DNA of 64,000 bases, from positions 2,336,001 through 2,400,000 of the forward strand of contig OY969934.1 of the NCBI GenBank assembly GCA_963704725.1. The letters are read 5' to 3'. This DNA is from an uncultured Actinomycetes bacterium (GTDB lineage Bacteria > Actinomycetota > UBA4738 > HRBIN12). Below the pieces are notes generated by a model that was not told the origin of the DNA, made no database searches, and was given only the letters and a program-made list of their open reading frames with translations. Below, piece after piece: positions 10,569 to 20,517 of this stretch (positions within the stretch are counted from its first letter, which is position 1; each line of letters starts with the position of its first letter). The position numbers and the translations under genes were made by a program.

Positions 10569-10775
10569 GTGCCCCAGGGAACGATCAGGGACTTCGACCC
10601 GCAGAGCCGCGACGGATCCCTGCTCATGGAGGACCGGAGCGAGGTCCTCATCGATGCGACGTCCGTGGAGGGCGCCGGGATCCTGACCCTGCGGATCGGG
10701 CAGCGGGTCCGGTTCGACCTCGTCGAGGAGGGCGGTCACAAGGTCGCAAGGACCCTGCGTATCGTCACGATGTGA
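10569..10775 (+). CDS. Cold-shock/OB-fold-like small protein
   Basis: VPQGTIRDFD...LRIGQRVRFD; GAGGAGG RBS. Confidence 0.75.
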   Translation: MPQGTIRDFDPQSRDGSLLMEDRSEVLIDATSVEGAGILTLRIGQRVRFDLVEEGGHKVARTLRIVTM

Positions 10776-10788
10776 GCGGGGATCGGCG

Positions 10789-11097
10789 CTAGCCGCGGCG
10801 GGGCGTGGCCCGGCGGCGCCGGGTCGCGATCATGTCCTTGAACTCCTTGCCCGCCGTGAACCACGGCAGATCGCGCGCCGGCACGACGATGGGGGTCTCC
10901 GGCTTGCGCGGGTTCCGCGCGATGCGCTTGTTGCGGCGTTTGCGCTCGAAGGTGCCGAACCCCACAAGCGAGACGCGGTCGCCCCGGGCCACCGTGTCCC
11001 GGATGACGTCCATCGACGCGTCGAACATCCTCGCCACGTCCGCCTTGCTGGAGCCGGTTCGCTTCGCGACCTCGGCCACCAGACCGTTCTTGTTCAT
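10789..11097 (-). CDS. hup: HU family DNA-binding protein
   Basis: MNKNGLVAEVA...GDRVSLVGFGTF...ARNP...FTAGKEFK; short basic tail. Confidence 0.93.
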   Translation of the reverse strand: MNKNGLVAEVAKRTGSSKADVARMFDASMDVIRDTVARGDRVSLVGFGTFERKRRNKRIARNPRKPETPIVVPARDLPWFTAGKEFKDMIATRRRRATPRRG

Positions 11098-11315
11098 GCA
11101 TCGCCTCCCGCGTTCGTTCCTGCACCGTAACGAGGTCCGGCGCAAACGGTCAATGCAGAGTACCCCCGGCCGCAGGCCCCGAACCCTAGGACCGTCGCCG
11201 GTGCGCCGCACACTCTCGGCCCGCTCACAGGTCCCTCTCCCGGAGGGCACGGGTTCGGGTTCGCTCGACCATGGGTGCAGCGGCGCATCGGACGCCGGGA
11301 CGGAAGGAGCATCTG

Positions 11316-11777
11316 ATGGACGACACAGGCGCGAACGGGAGAGCGAGGCTTCCCCGTCGCACGCGGCTCGCGGGAGCCGGTCTCGTCGCGGGCGGTCTGG
11401 CGATCGGCGCGATCCTGGCGGGAACCAGCATCGCCGGGGCACAGAGCGCGACGCCGGGCGCCACGCCCTCGGCAACGGCTCCCGCCTCGAACGGCGGCCT
11501 CGACCCCGCGACCGTGGACCACGGGCCGGGCGAGACCCTCCTGAAGGACGGCGACGCCACGAAGGCCGAGGCCGCGGCGCTGGCCGAGGTTCCGGGCGGC
11601 ACGGTCGTCCGCGTGGAGACCGACTCGGACGGCGCGGCCTTCGAGGCGCACGTGCAGAAGGCCGACGGCAGCGTCGTCACGGTGAAGATGGACGAGGACT
11701 TCACGGTCACGTCCACCGAGTCCGGCTTCGGCGGCGGGCCCCAGGGGGCGGCACTTCCGGACGGAGCGAACGGGTGA
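11316..11777 (+). CDS. Secreted PepSY-like domain protein
   Basis: Signal peptide; AALAEVPGGTVVRVETDSDGAAFEAHV; AAGGAG RBS. Confidence 0.75.
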   Translation: MDDTGANGRARLPRRTRLAGAGLVAGGLAIGAILAGTSIAGAQSATPGATPSATAPASNGGLDPATVDHGPGETLLKDGDATKAEAAALAEVPGGTVVRVETDSDGAAFEAHVQKADGSVVTVKMDEDFTVTSTESGFGGGPQGAALPDGANG

Positions 11778-11791
11778 TCGATCCCCCGATG

Positions 11792-11821
11792 CGAGGGGTC
11801 CGGCTCACGCCGGACCCCTCG
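11792..11821. terminator. GC-rich hairpin between the convergent PepSY gene and tRNA-Gln
   Basis: CGAGGGGTCCGGC-TCAC-GCCGGACCCCTCG, a perfect 13-bp stem. Confidence 0.7.
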
Positions 11822-11839
11822 TGCCGTTTCGAGACCTCG

Positions 11840-11910
11840 CTGGCGGGCAGGGACTCGAACCCCAACTTCCAGGGCCAGAACCTGGCGTCCTGCCATTAGA
11901 CGACCCGCCA
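11840..11910 (-). tRNA. tRNA-Gln(CTG)
   Basis: TGGCGGGTCGTCTAATGGCAGGAC-CCAGG-TT-CTG-GC-CCTGG...GGTTCGAGTCC...CCCGCCA cloverleaf; CCA tail not encoded. Confidence 0.95.
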
Positions 11911-11967
11911 CCGGCGGTCAGCCATGGTACCCGTCGCGGTCCTCCTCCGGCCGGAGGCGGCCGCGGG

Positions 11968-12957
11968 CTACGCCATCGTCAGGGCCATGAGCGCCTTGCC
12001 CGTGTGCATCCGGTTCTCGGCTTCGTCGTAGACGACCGAGTGCGGGCCGTCGATCACCGCGTCGGTGACCTCCGTGCCGCGGTCGGCGGGCAGGCAGTGC
12101 ATGTAGAGCGAGTCGCCCTTGGCCAGGTCCATCCGACGCTCGTCGCAGATCCAGTCGCGGTACCTGGCGGCGTCGGCAAGCGCCGCGGGCTCGTCCGTGA
12201 ACAGGTCGAGCCGGCCCCACGACTTGGGGTACACGACGTCGGCGCCCTCGAACGCGGCGTCCATGTCGTTCGTGAACTCGATCGACCCGCCGCCTTGCCC
12301 GGCAAGCTCTTCGGCGTTCTTGCGGACCTCCGGCATCAGGTCGAAGCCGGGAGGGTGCGCCAGGACGACGTCGATGCCGTATCGCGGCAGCAGCGTGATG
12401 AGCCCCTGGGGGACCGAGAGCGGCTTGGCGTAGCTCGGCGCGAACGCCCAGCTCACGGCCACCCGCATGCCGCGGAGGTCGTCGCCTCGCTGCTCACGCA
12501 GGGTCATGAGGTCGGCCAGCGTCTGGGTGGGGTGGTCGACGTCGCACTGCAGGTTGATCACGGGGATCTCGGCCCACCGGGCCACCTCGCGCATGTAGGC
12601 GTTGCCCTCGTACGGCTCGAGGTCGTGGCGGATGGCCAGGCCGTGACCGTACCGGGACAGGATGATCCCCATGTCCTTGGGGCTCTCGCCATGCGCGACC
12701 TGGGTCTTCTCGGCGTCCAGGAAGTGCGCGTGCGCGCCGAGCTGCGTGGCTCCGGCCTCGAACGCGTTCCTCGTGCGCGTCGACTTGTCGAGGAACAGCA
12801 TGAACAGCGTCTTGTCCGGCAGCAGCCGGTGGGACTCGCCGGCCTTGAACTTGGCCTTGAGCTCGCGCGCGAACGCGACGGCCTCGTCGATCTCCTCGGT
12901 GCTCCAGTCCCGCGTCTCGATGTAGTCCCTGCCTCGGAGCGACGAACGGTCGGTCAC
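11968..12957 (-). CDS. ygeW: YgeW-like (knotted) catabolic carbamoyltransferase
   Basis: KSTRTRN, HPTQ, SYAKPLSVPQG, VVYPKSWG, HCLPADR; KPLSVPQG and YPKSW are typical of the YgeW subfamily. Confidence 0.8.
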   Translation of the reverse strand: MTDRSSLRGRDYIETRDWSTEEIDEAVAFARELKAKFKAGESHRLLPDKTLFMLFLDKSTRTRNAFEAGATQLGAHAHFLDAEKTQVAHGESPKDMGIILSRYGHGLAIRHDLEPYEGNAYMREVARWAEIPVINLQCDVDHPTQTLADLMTLREQRGDDLRGMRVAVSWAFAPSYAKPLSVPQGLITLLPRYGIDVVLAHPPGFDLMPEVRKNAEELAGQGGGSIEFTNDMDAAFEGADVVYPKSWGRLDLFTDEPAALADAARYRDWICDERRMDLAKGDSLYMHCLPADRGTEVTDAVIDGPHSVVYDEAENRMHTGKALMALTMA

Positions 12958-13005
12958 GGTGGTCTCCCCCTCTGCTCTGGGTCGGGCTTCTCTCGGGCTT
13001 CGCGA

Positions 13006-15391
13006 TCAGCCCCCGGAAAGGGCGCTCTGGCCGAGCTCGGCACCGAAGTACTCGGGCACGGGCCGCTGGCCGGGGACCTCGGGCACCGGCGGCCACGGCG
13101 GGGCCTCGAGTCGCCGCAACCCGACGACGTCGTCCGGCTGCACGGGCGCGCGGTTCAGCTCGCGGCCGGTGGCCTCGCGGATCGCGGCGACGACGGCGGC
13201 GGTCGAGACGATCGTCGAGATCTCGCCAACCCCCTTCGCCCCGAACGGCACGTCGGGTTCGGGGTCCTCGACGACCGTGGTGACCACCGGCGGCATGTCC
13301 AGGATCGTGGGGATGAGGTAGTCGGTGAAGGACGCGTTCGCGATCCGGCCCTCCCGCAGGCGGAGCTCCTCCATCACGGCCAGCCCCAGACCCTGGGCGC
13401 TCCCGCCCTCGCTCTGCCCCTCCACCCCCTGCGGGTTGAGCGCCGCACCGACGTCGAGCGCCGACGCGAGCTGGACCGCCTTCACCAGGCCGAGCTCCTC
13501 GTCCACCTCGACGACGGCTCGCATCGCGCCGAACGCGAACATGACGTGGACGTCGCCCTGGCCGCGCTCGTCGAACCCCGTCGTCTCGCGGTGGTGGAAG
13601 GTGCGGGTGGCGACGACGGCCTCCTCGAGCAGGTCGACCAGGTCCGCGATCGGCACGCCGTCGGCCAGCACCTGCCCGTCGGCGAGCGAGAGGTTCCCCT
13701 CGGGCTGCAGCCGAGCCACGGCCCGGGCCAGGACCTCCTCGGCGACCGCGCGCGACGCGGCCTGCACGGCCCCTCCGCCCATGAACGTCTGCCGCGACGC
13801 GCTCGTCGAGCCGGCGGACTCGACCTGCGTGTCGGCCGAGTGCAGCGTGACGTCCTGCACGCCGAGCTCCTCGCGCGCGATCTGGGTGACGATCGTCGAG
13901 AACCCCTGGCCGCACTCGACGCCGGCACTGTGGACCTCGACGACGGGCCCCTGCGGCCCGGCCGAGAGCGTCACCCTGGCCTGGTGGAAGTCGTCGAATC
14001 CCTCGCTGTAGGCGATGTTCTTGTAGCCGACCGCGAAGCCGACGCCCCGTCGCAGCCCCTCGCCGTGGCCGACGTTGCCGGCGCCGCCCGGAAGGCCCAT
14101 CGGATCGCGCGCCGCCGGGGGCTCGGGATCGGGAGGCAAGGGGAGCGCCCGGCACCGCTCGATCACCTCTCGGACGGGAGCGCTGCCCCGGATCACCTGT
14201 CCGGTCGGCAGGACCGAGCCCGGGCCGACGACGTTGCGCAGACGCAGCTCGACGGGGTCGAGGCCGAGCGTCTGCGGCCAGCCGGTCCATGTTGGCCTCG
14301 TGGGCGAAGCAGACCTGCGGCGCACCGAAGCCGCGCATCGCGCCGCACGGCGGGTTGTTCGTGTAGACGGCCGTCCCCTGAAGGAGCGCGTTCGGCACCT
14401 CGTACGGCCCGGCCAGGAACGTGGTCGCGTTGCCGATCACCGCCGGCGAGGACGAGGCGAACGCGCCGCCGTCGATCACGATCCGACCGCGCACGGCGAC
14501 CAGCCGCCCGTCCCGCGTCGATCCGGTCCGCAGCCAGATCCGCGCGGGGTGCCGGTGGACGTGGGCCAGGAACGACTCCTCGCGGCCGTACGACATCTTC
14601 ACCGGCCGCCCGGTGCGCATCGCGAGGAGACAGGCGTGGATCTGCATGTGGAGGTCCTCGCGGCTCCCGAACGCGCCGCCCACCCCGGCCAGGGTGATCC
14701 GCACGCGCTCCTCGGGAAGGCCGAGCACCGGGGCGATCTGCTGCCGGTCGACGTGGAGCCACTGCGTCGAGACGATCAGGTCGATCCCGCCGTCCTCCGC
14801 CGGGATGGCCAGGCCGGCCTCCGGCCCGAGCGCGGCCTGGTCCTGCATCCCGGTTTCGTAGTAGCCCTCCACCCAGACCTCGGCGTCGGCGTCGGGGTCC
14901 CCGTGCTCGATGCGGACGTGCCGCAGCACGTTGCCCCACTCGCGGAGCTTCGGCGCGCCGGGCTCGAGCGCGCCGACCATGTCGAGCACCGGGTCCAGGA
15001 CCTCGTACTCGACGTGGATCCGGGCGGCGGCGCGTTTGGCGAGCTCGAGGGTCTCGGCAGCGACCACGGCGACCGGTTGGCCGGCGTGCAGGACCACGTC
15101 CCACGGCAGCACCGGCTGGTCCGAGAACTCGAGCCCGTACGTCTTCTTGCCCGGCACGTCCTCGTGGGTCAGGACGGCCTGGACGCCGGGGCTGGTGAGC
15201 GCCTCGGCCACGTCGATCCGCAGGATCCGGGCGTGCGGGTGTGGGCTTCGGAGCGTGGCACCCCACAGCATGCGCTCGTGCCACAGGTCGCTCCCGTACG
15301 CGAACGTTCCCTTCGCCTTGGGGACGCCGTCCACCCGGCGGACGCGTTCGCCGACCCGCCCTCGCGTGCGCTCCCCGAGCCGCGTGCTCAT
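13006..15391 (-). CDS. Xanthine dehydrogenase family molybdopterin subunit (PucD/XdhA-like); +1 indel near 14277
   Basis: LRSPHPHA, GGAFGSRED, AMRGFGAPQ, SASRQT, GAKGVGE; the protein continues across two track ORFs. Confidence 0.88.
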
Positions 15392-16743
15392 GCGCGCTCA
15401 CCCCCGATCCGAGCGCCGATCCGACGCCCCTCGCGAGCGATCTCGTCCTCGTCCGCCGTCACCAGGCGCCCGTCGCGCACGACGATGTGGCCCTCCACCA
15501 CGAGGTTCCGGACGCGCTCGCTGGCACCCATCAGGAGGCCCGCGACGGGATCGGCGTCCGTCCCCGCGTGGGCGATGCCGTCGACCCCGAACAGCGCGAC
15601 GTCGCCCCGCTTGCCCGGCTCGATCGATCCGACGTCGTCGCGGCCGAGCACCTCCGCACCGCCGCGTGTGGCGAGACGAAGCGCCTCGCGCGCCGTCAGC
15701 CCGCGCTCCGGCCCCCCGGCGCGCGACACGAGCATGGCCTGGCGGATCTCGGCGAACAGGTCGCACGGCTCGTTCGAGGCCGACCCGTCCACGCCCAGGC
15801 CGACCCGCGCCCCCTCGTCGACCAACGCGCGGACCGGAGCGATCCCGGCGCCGATCCGCAGGTTGGAGGAGGGGCAGGAGGCCACGCCCGTCCGCGTGTC
15901 GGCGATCCGCCGGACGTCCTTCTCGTTCAGGTGGATGGCGTGGGCGAACCACACGTCGGGGCCGAGCCAACCCCAGTCGTCCATCAGCTCCAGCGGGCGG
16001 CGTCCGAAGCGCTCGAGGCAGAACCGCTCCTCGTCGAGCGTCTCGGCGAGGTGCGTGTGCATCGGCACGCCGAGCCGGCGAGCGAGCTCGGCGCTCTCCC
16101 GCATCAGCCGCTCGGTCACGCTGAACGGGGAGCACGGCGCGAGCGCGACGCGGAGCATCGACCCGGGTGACGGGTCGTGGAACCGGGCCACGGCCTCCTC
16201 CGACCTCGCGAGCGCGTCGTCCGTGGACTCCACGACGGAGTCGGGCGGCAGCCCGCCGGCCGACTGGCCGAGGTCCATCGAGCCGCGGCACGGATGGAAG
16301 CGCACCCCGAGCTCACGCGCGGCGCCGATCTCCACCTCGAGGAGATCGCCCGCGCCCGCGGGGTGGATGTAGTGGTGGTCGGTGGTGGTCGTGCAGCCGG
16401 ACAGCGCCAGGAGCGCGAGCCCCACGCGCGCCGACGCCCGCTCCCACTCCGCGTCGACGCCCGCCCACACCGGGTACAGCTCGACGAGCCACCCGAACAG
16501 CCCCTGCTCTCTGGCCCGGGCCCGGGTGAGCACCTGATACAGGTGGTGGTGGGTGTTCACCAGACCGGGCAGGGCGATCTGACCACGGCCGTCGAGCCGC
16601 TCGTCGGGCTCGGCAGGCGGCGCCCCGGTCCCGACCCAGGCGACGGCCCCGTCCTCGATCAGGATCGAGCCGCCGGTCACCTCGGCGCCGTCGTCGCCCA
16701 TCGTGACGACGACGTCGCACGCCTCGATCAGGAGCCTGCTCAC
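15388..16743 (-). CDS. 8-oxoguanine deaminase-like amidohydrolase
   Basis: PGLVNTHHHLYQ, DHHY, RGSMDLGQSAGGLPP, APCSPFSV, HTHLAET, GVDGSASN. Confidence 0.85.
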   Translation of the reverse strand: MSRLLIEACDVVVTMGDDGAEVTGGSILIEDGAVAWVGTGAPPAEPDERLDGRGQIALPGLVNTHHHLYQVLTRARAREQGLFGWLVELYPVWAGVDAEWERASARVGLALLALSGCTTTTDHHYIHPAGAGDLLEVEIGAARELGVRFHPCRGSMDLGQSAGGLPPDSVVESTDDALARSEEAVARFHDPSPGSMLRVALAPCSPFSVTERLMRESAELARRLGVPMHTHLAETLDEERFCLERFGRRPLELMDDWGWLGPDVWFAHAIHLNEKDVRRIADTRTGVASCPSSNLRIGAGIAPVRALVDEGARVGLGVDGSASNEPCDLFAEIRQAMLVSRAGGPERGLTAREALRLATRGGAEVLGRDDVGSIEPGKRGDVALFGVDGIAHAGTDADPVAGLLMGASERVRNLVVEGHIVVRDGRLVTADEDEIAREGRRIGARIGGERA

Positions 16744-17213
16744 GCCAGTGCCTCCCGGCGCCGTTGCGCCGCAAGCGAAACGGCGTCGACGATCTTCTGG
16801 TAGCCCGTGCACCGGCACAGGTTCCCCGAGAGCGCCTCGCGCACGGCGAGGTCGTCGGGCGCCGGGTCGCGTTCGAGGAGGTCGGTCACCGCCACGATCA
16901 GCCCGGGCGTGCAGAACCCGCACTGCACCGCGCCGGCCTCCACGAACGCCTCCTGCACCGGATGCAAGAGGTCGCCGTCGGACAGCCCCTCGACGGTCCG
17001 GACCTCGCGCTCGTGCGCCTGGGCCGCGAGCACGAGGCACGAGCACACGAGCTCGCCGTCGAGCCACACCGAGCAGGAGCCGCACTCCCCCTGCTCGCAC
17101 GCGTTCTTCGACCCCGGGAGCCGGAGCTCGTCGCGCAGGAACGACAGCAGGCTCGAGCCCTCCCAGGCGTCGGCCTCCCGCCACTCCCCGTTGACGCGGA
17201 CCCGGATCAGCAC
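16740..17213 (-). CDS. Xanthine dehydrogenase family 2Fe-2S subunit
   Basis: KNACEQGECGSC, QCGFCTPG, GNLCRCTGY. Confidence 0.92.
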   Translation of the reverse strand: MLIRVRVNGEWREADAWEGSSLLSFLRDELRLPGSKNACEQGECGSCSVWLDGELVCSCLVLAAQAHEREVRTVEGLSDGDLLHPVQEAFVEAGAVQCGFCTPGLIVAVTDLLERDPAPDDLAVREALSGNLCRCTGYQKIVDAVSLAAQRRREALA

Positions 17214-17271
17214 GGCCCGCCCCCCTCCGTGCCGGGCCGAACGCTCGCCTGCGGGCTCCCTCCCCGGGCGC

Positions 17272-18153
17272 TCACGACACCATCGCCTCCTCGGCGCGCT
17301 CCTCCATCGCCCAGCCGAGCGCGCGACGCGCCAGCACGCGGACGCCGTGCCGACGGTAGGCGGCCGTTCCCCGAACGTCGTCGATCGGGCTCGCCGCCTC
17401 CGCCACCTGTTCCGCGAACGCCTCCGCGACGCCCGGGGCGAGCGGCGCCGCGAGGTCGTCCCACGCGCCGGCGCGCTCGAGCTCGGCGACGAGCGCGGCC
17501 TCGGCGCCGGGGGCCCGAACGACGGTCGGGGCCACCGAGCCGAGGGCGACCCGCACGCTGCGACTCGCCTGATCGAGGACGAGGCACAGCGCCGCAACCG
17601 AGATCACCATCGCGTTGCGCGTGCCGATCTTCGAGAACGACTGCGGCCCGCCGGCGGTCCGCCACCGGGCCCCGAGGATCAGCTCGTCGGCCTCGAGCGC
17701 GTTCCGCTTCACCCCGAGCAGGAAGCCGTCCCACGGCAGCCACCGCTCGCCCCGCGCCGCCGAGACGAGCCCGATCTCCGCGTCGTGGGCCGCGAGCACG
17801 GGGAGCGCGTCGCCCGCCGGCGACGCCGTCCCGAGGTTGCCGCCCACGGTCCCCCGGTTCCGGATCTGGGGCGAGCCGACGGAGCGCGACGCCTCGGCCA
17901 GGGCGCGGAGCTGCGGCAGCTCCCGCTGGATCCGCGCATAGGTGACGCCGGCCCCGAGGACGACCAGCCCGTCGTCGATCCGCCACGTACGGAGCTCGGG
18001 CAGGCGAGACACGTCCAGGATGGCCTCGGGCCTGGCCAGGTCGAAGTTGATCTCCACCATGAGGTCGGTCCCGCCGGCGATCGGCACGGCCTCGGGATGG
18101 GCGGCGCGCAGCTCGAGCGCCTCCGCGAGCGTGGTCGGCAGGTAGGCCTCCAC
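17272..18153 (-). CDS. Xanthine dehydrogenase family FAD subunit
   Basis: AGGTDLMV, QIRNRGTVGGN, SPAGD, PIDDVRGTAAYR. Confidence 0.92.
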   Translation of the reverse strand: MEAYLPTTLAEALELRAAHPEAVPIAGGTDLMVEINFDLARPEAILDVSRLPELRTWRIDDGLVVLGAGVTYARIQRELPQLRALAEASRSVGSPQIRNRGTVGGNLGTASPAGDALPVLAAHDAEIGLVSAARGERWLPWDGFLLGVKRNALEADELILGARWRTAGGPQSFSKIGTRNAMVISVAALCLVLDQASRSVRVALGSVAPTVVRAPGAEAALVAELERAGAWDDLAAPLAPGVAEAFAEQVAEAASPIDDVRGTAAYRRHGVRVLARRALGWAMEERAEEAMVS

Positions 18154-18156
18154 GGC

Positions 18157-19166
18157 TCAGAACTCCCCGCCCGCGAACGCGTCGATCATGGCCTCCACGT
18201 CGTCACCGAGCGGATACAGGACGGGGCACGTGCACCCGGCCTCGACGTACTCGCGCACCTTGGCCCGGCACTCGTCCGCCGTTCCCGAGGCCGTGATCAT
18301 CTGCACGACGTCGTCGGGAACCAGCCTCATGGCGCGGCGGATCTCCTCGGGGCCGGCCGGCCAGGTGAGGACCTTGCCGATCTCCTCCAGCAGCGACGGC
18401 TCGACGCCGCTCGCCTTCCCGATGTGCGGCTGCTGCCCCAGGTACTGCGTGACGAGCTCGCGCGCCCGGTCCAGGGCCAGGTCGCGATCCTCGTCGAGCG
18501 AGCAGACCACGAGCTGCGGACGGTCGATGTCCTCGACGCGCACGCCGCGCTTGGCGCGCCCGCCGCGAGCCGCTCCATCGCGGTCGCGTTGTACGCCGGG
18601 CTCACCAGGTAGTTGAGCAGCGCGCCGTCGGCGATCTCGCCGGCGAGCTCCATCATCTGCATGCCCGTCGCGCCGAGGTAGATCGGCACCGCTCTCGGCG
18701 AGCGGTCGCCGTGGACGATGTCGATCTGGATGTCCTCGACGTCGACGAACTCGCCGTGGAACGTCACGTTCTCCATCGCGATCAGCCGGCGGACGACTTC
18801 GACGTACTCGCGCATCGCGAGCAGCGGCCGCTCCCGCCTCACGCCGACCTTCGTGGCGAGCGGCTCCCACCACGCGCCGATCCCGAGCATGATCCGCCCG
18901 GGCGCCAGGTCGTCGAGCGTGACGAACGTCGCCGCCATGAGCCCGGCGTTCCGCGTCCAGTTGTTCACGACCCCGGATCCCACCTTGATGCGCTCGGTCG
19001 TCGCAGCGAACGCGGCCATCGGCACCGTGGCCTCGCGCACGAGGCGGCTCTCGGCCTGCCACACGGCCTCGAACCCCTGGGCCTCGGCGTGTCGCACGTA
19101 CCGGATGCCGTCGGCGAGCGGGTGCTTGTCCTGCAGGTAGATCGCCACGCGCCCCTCGGAGCTCAC
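18157..19166 (-). CDS. LLM-class, Mer-like oxidoreductase (probably F420-dependent); indel near 18558
   Basis: [48 protein letters not shown]; C-terminus ASGTADEC...[10 protein letters not shown] lies in the adjacent frame. Confidence 0.82.
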
Positions 19167-19173
19167 CGCCACC

Positions 19174-20517
19174 TCACGCACCCCCCGCCGGCTCGAACGG
19201 GTGGGCCGGGATCGCGTCCATGCGGTTCCACAGGTCCTGGGCCGCCGCCTGCGCCAGGGCCCGGGGTTCGCCCTCGTCCTGGGTCGCCAGTCGCCGGTCC
19301 CTGACGACGACGGAGCCATCAACCACGACGTCGCGGACGTTGGACGCGGACAGCCCGAACACCCAGTGCCCGGCGAGGTTCTCCGCGCTGAGCGGTGTGG
19401 GGGGGTCGTAGTCGAGCACGACGAGATCGGCGGGCGCTCCGGGCTCGATCCGGCCCAGGAGCGGCTCCCCGAACGCGCGCCCGGCGAACGCGGCCCCGGC
19501 GGCGAGACGGCCGAGCACCCACGACGGCGAGATCGAGGGGTCGTCCTCGTGGCCGCGCCAGTAGGCGGCGCGTGACTCGGCGAACATGTCCCCGTCGATC
19601 CCGTCCGTTCCGAGCGCCACCCGCTCGCCGAGCGCGCCGACGGGGGCCCGCCCGACGCGGTTGTTCATGTTCGACCGCGGGTTGTGAACCACCCAGGCGC
19701 CGGCGTCGCGGATCAGGCCGATCTCGCGGTCGTCGACGTGCACGCAGTGCGCGAGGAGCGATCGCTCGGTGAGTGCGCCCGCATCGGCCAGGCGCTCGAC
19801 CACGCGACGCCCGAACCGGGCCTCGGCGTCGCGCTCGTCGGCGGCATCCTCGGCCACGTGGACGTGGATCCCGACCAGGAACTCGTCCGCAAGCGAAACG
19901 CAAGCAGCGAGCGTCTCCGCGGACAGGGTGAAGGAGGCGTGCGCCCCGACCATCGTCCGCAGCGTCGATGAGGCATCGTCGGCCCGGTCCTCCTTGAGAC
20001 GGCGAAGGGTCTCCTCGAGCCCGGCGGCCGCGGCGTCGAGGCCGTCGCGGTCGGTGACCTCGTAGCACAGGATCCGGCGGGCGCCGAGGCTGCTCAGGCC
20101 CTGGTCGAGCCACTCGAGCGACGCCGCGATGGCGGTCGGCGAAGCGTGGTGGTCGACGATCGTCGTCGTCCCCGAGAGCAGGGCATCGGCGCCGCCCGTC
20201 ATGGCCGACCGAAGGATCGATGTCGGGTCGAGTGCCCGGTCGAGCCGCCACCACACGCGCTGGAGGATCTGCACGAAGCTCTCCGGCGGCTCGAGGCGGT
20301 AAGGCATCCCTCGAGCCAGCGCCGAGTAGAGGTGGTGGTGCGCACACACGTTGCCCGGGATCACCAGGCAACCCGTGCAGTCGATCACGTCGGCCGATGG
20401 CTCCGCGGTCGCGCCCTCCGCCGCGATCCGGCCGTCGACCACCAGGACGTCGATCGGCCGGAGCGCCGGCGGATCGAGCGACGTGACCACCGTCCCGCCC
20501 GACAGGAGCAGGGTCAC
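19174..20517 (-). CDS. SsnA-like amidohydrolase
   Basis: [61 protein letters not shown] match the SsnA subfamily. Confidence 0.82.
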   Translation of the reverse strand: MTLLLSGGTVVTSLDPPALRPIDVLVVDGRIAAEGATAEPSADVIDCTGCLVIPGNVCAHHHLYSALARGMPYRLEPPESFVQILQRVWWRLDRALDPTSILRSAMTGGADALLSGTTTIVDHHASPTAIAASLEWLDQGLSSLGARRILCYEVTDRDGLDAAAAGLEETLRRLKEDRADDASSTLRTMVGAHASFTLSAETLAACVSLADEFLVGIHVHVAEDAADERDAEARFGRRVVERLADAGALTERSLLAHCVHVDDREIGLIRDAGAWVVHNPRSNMNNRVGRAPVGALGERVALGTDGIDGDMFAESRAAYWRGHEDDPSISPSWVLGRLAAGAAFAGRAFGEPLLGRIEPGAPADLVVLDYDPPTPLSAENLAGHWVFGLSASNVRDVVVDGSVVVRDRRLATQDEGEPRALAQAAAQDLWNRMDAIPAHPFEPAGGA

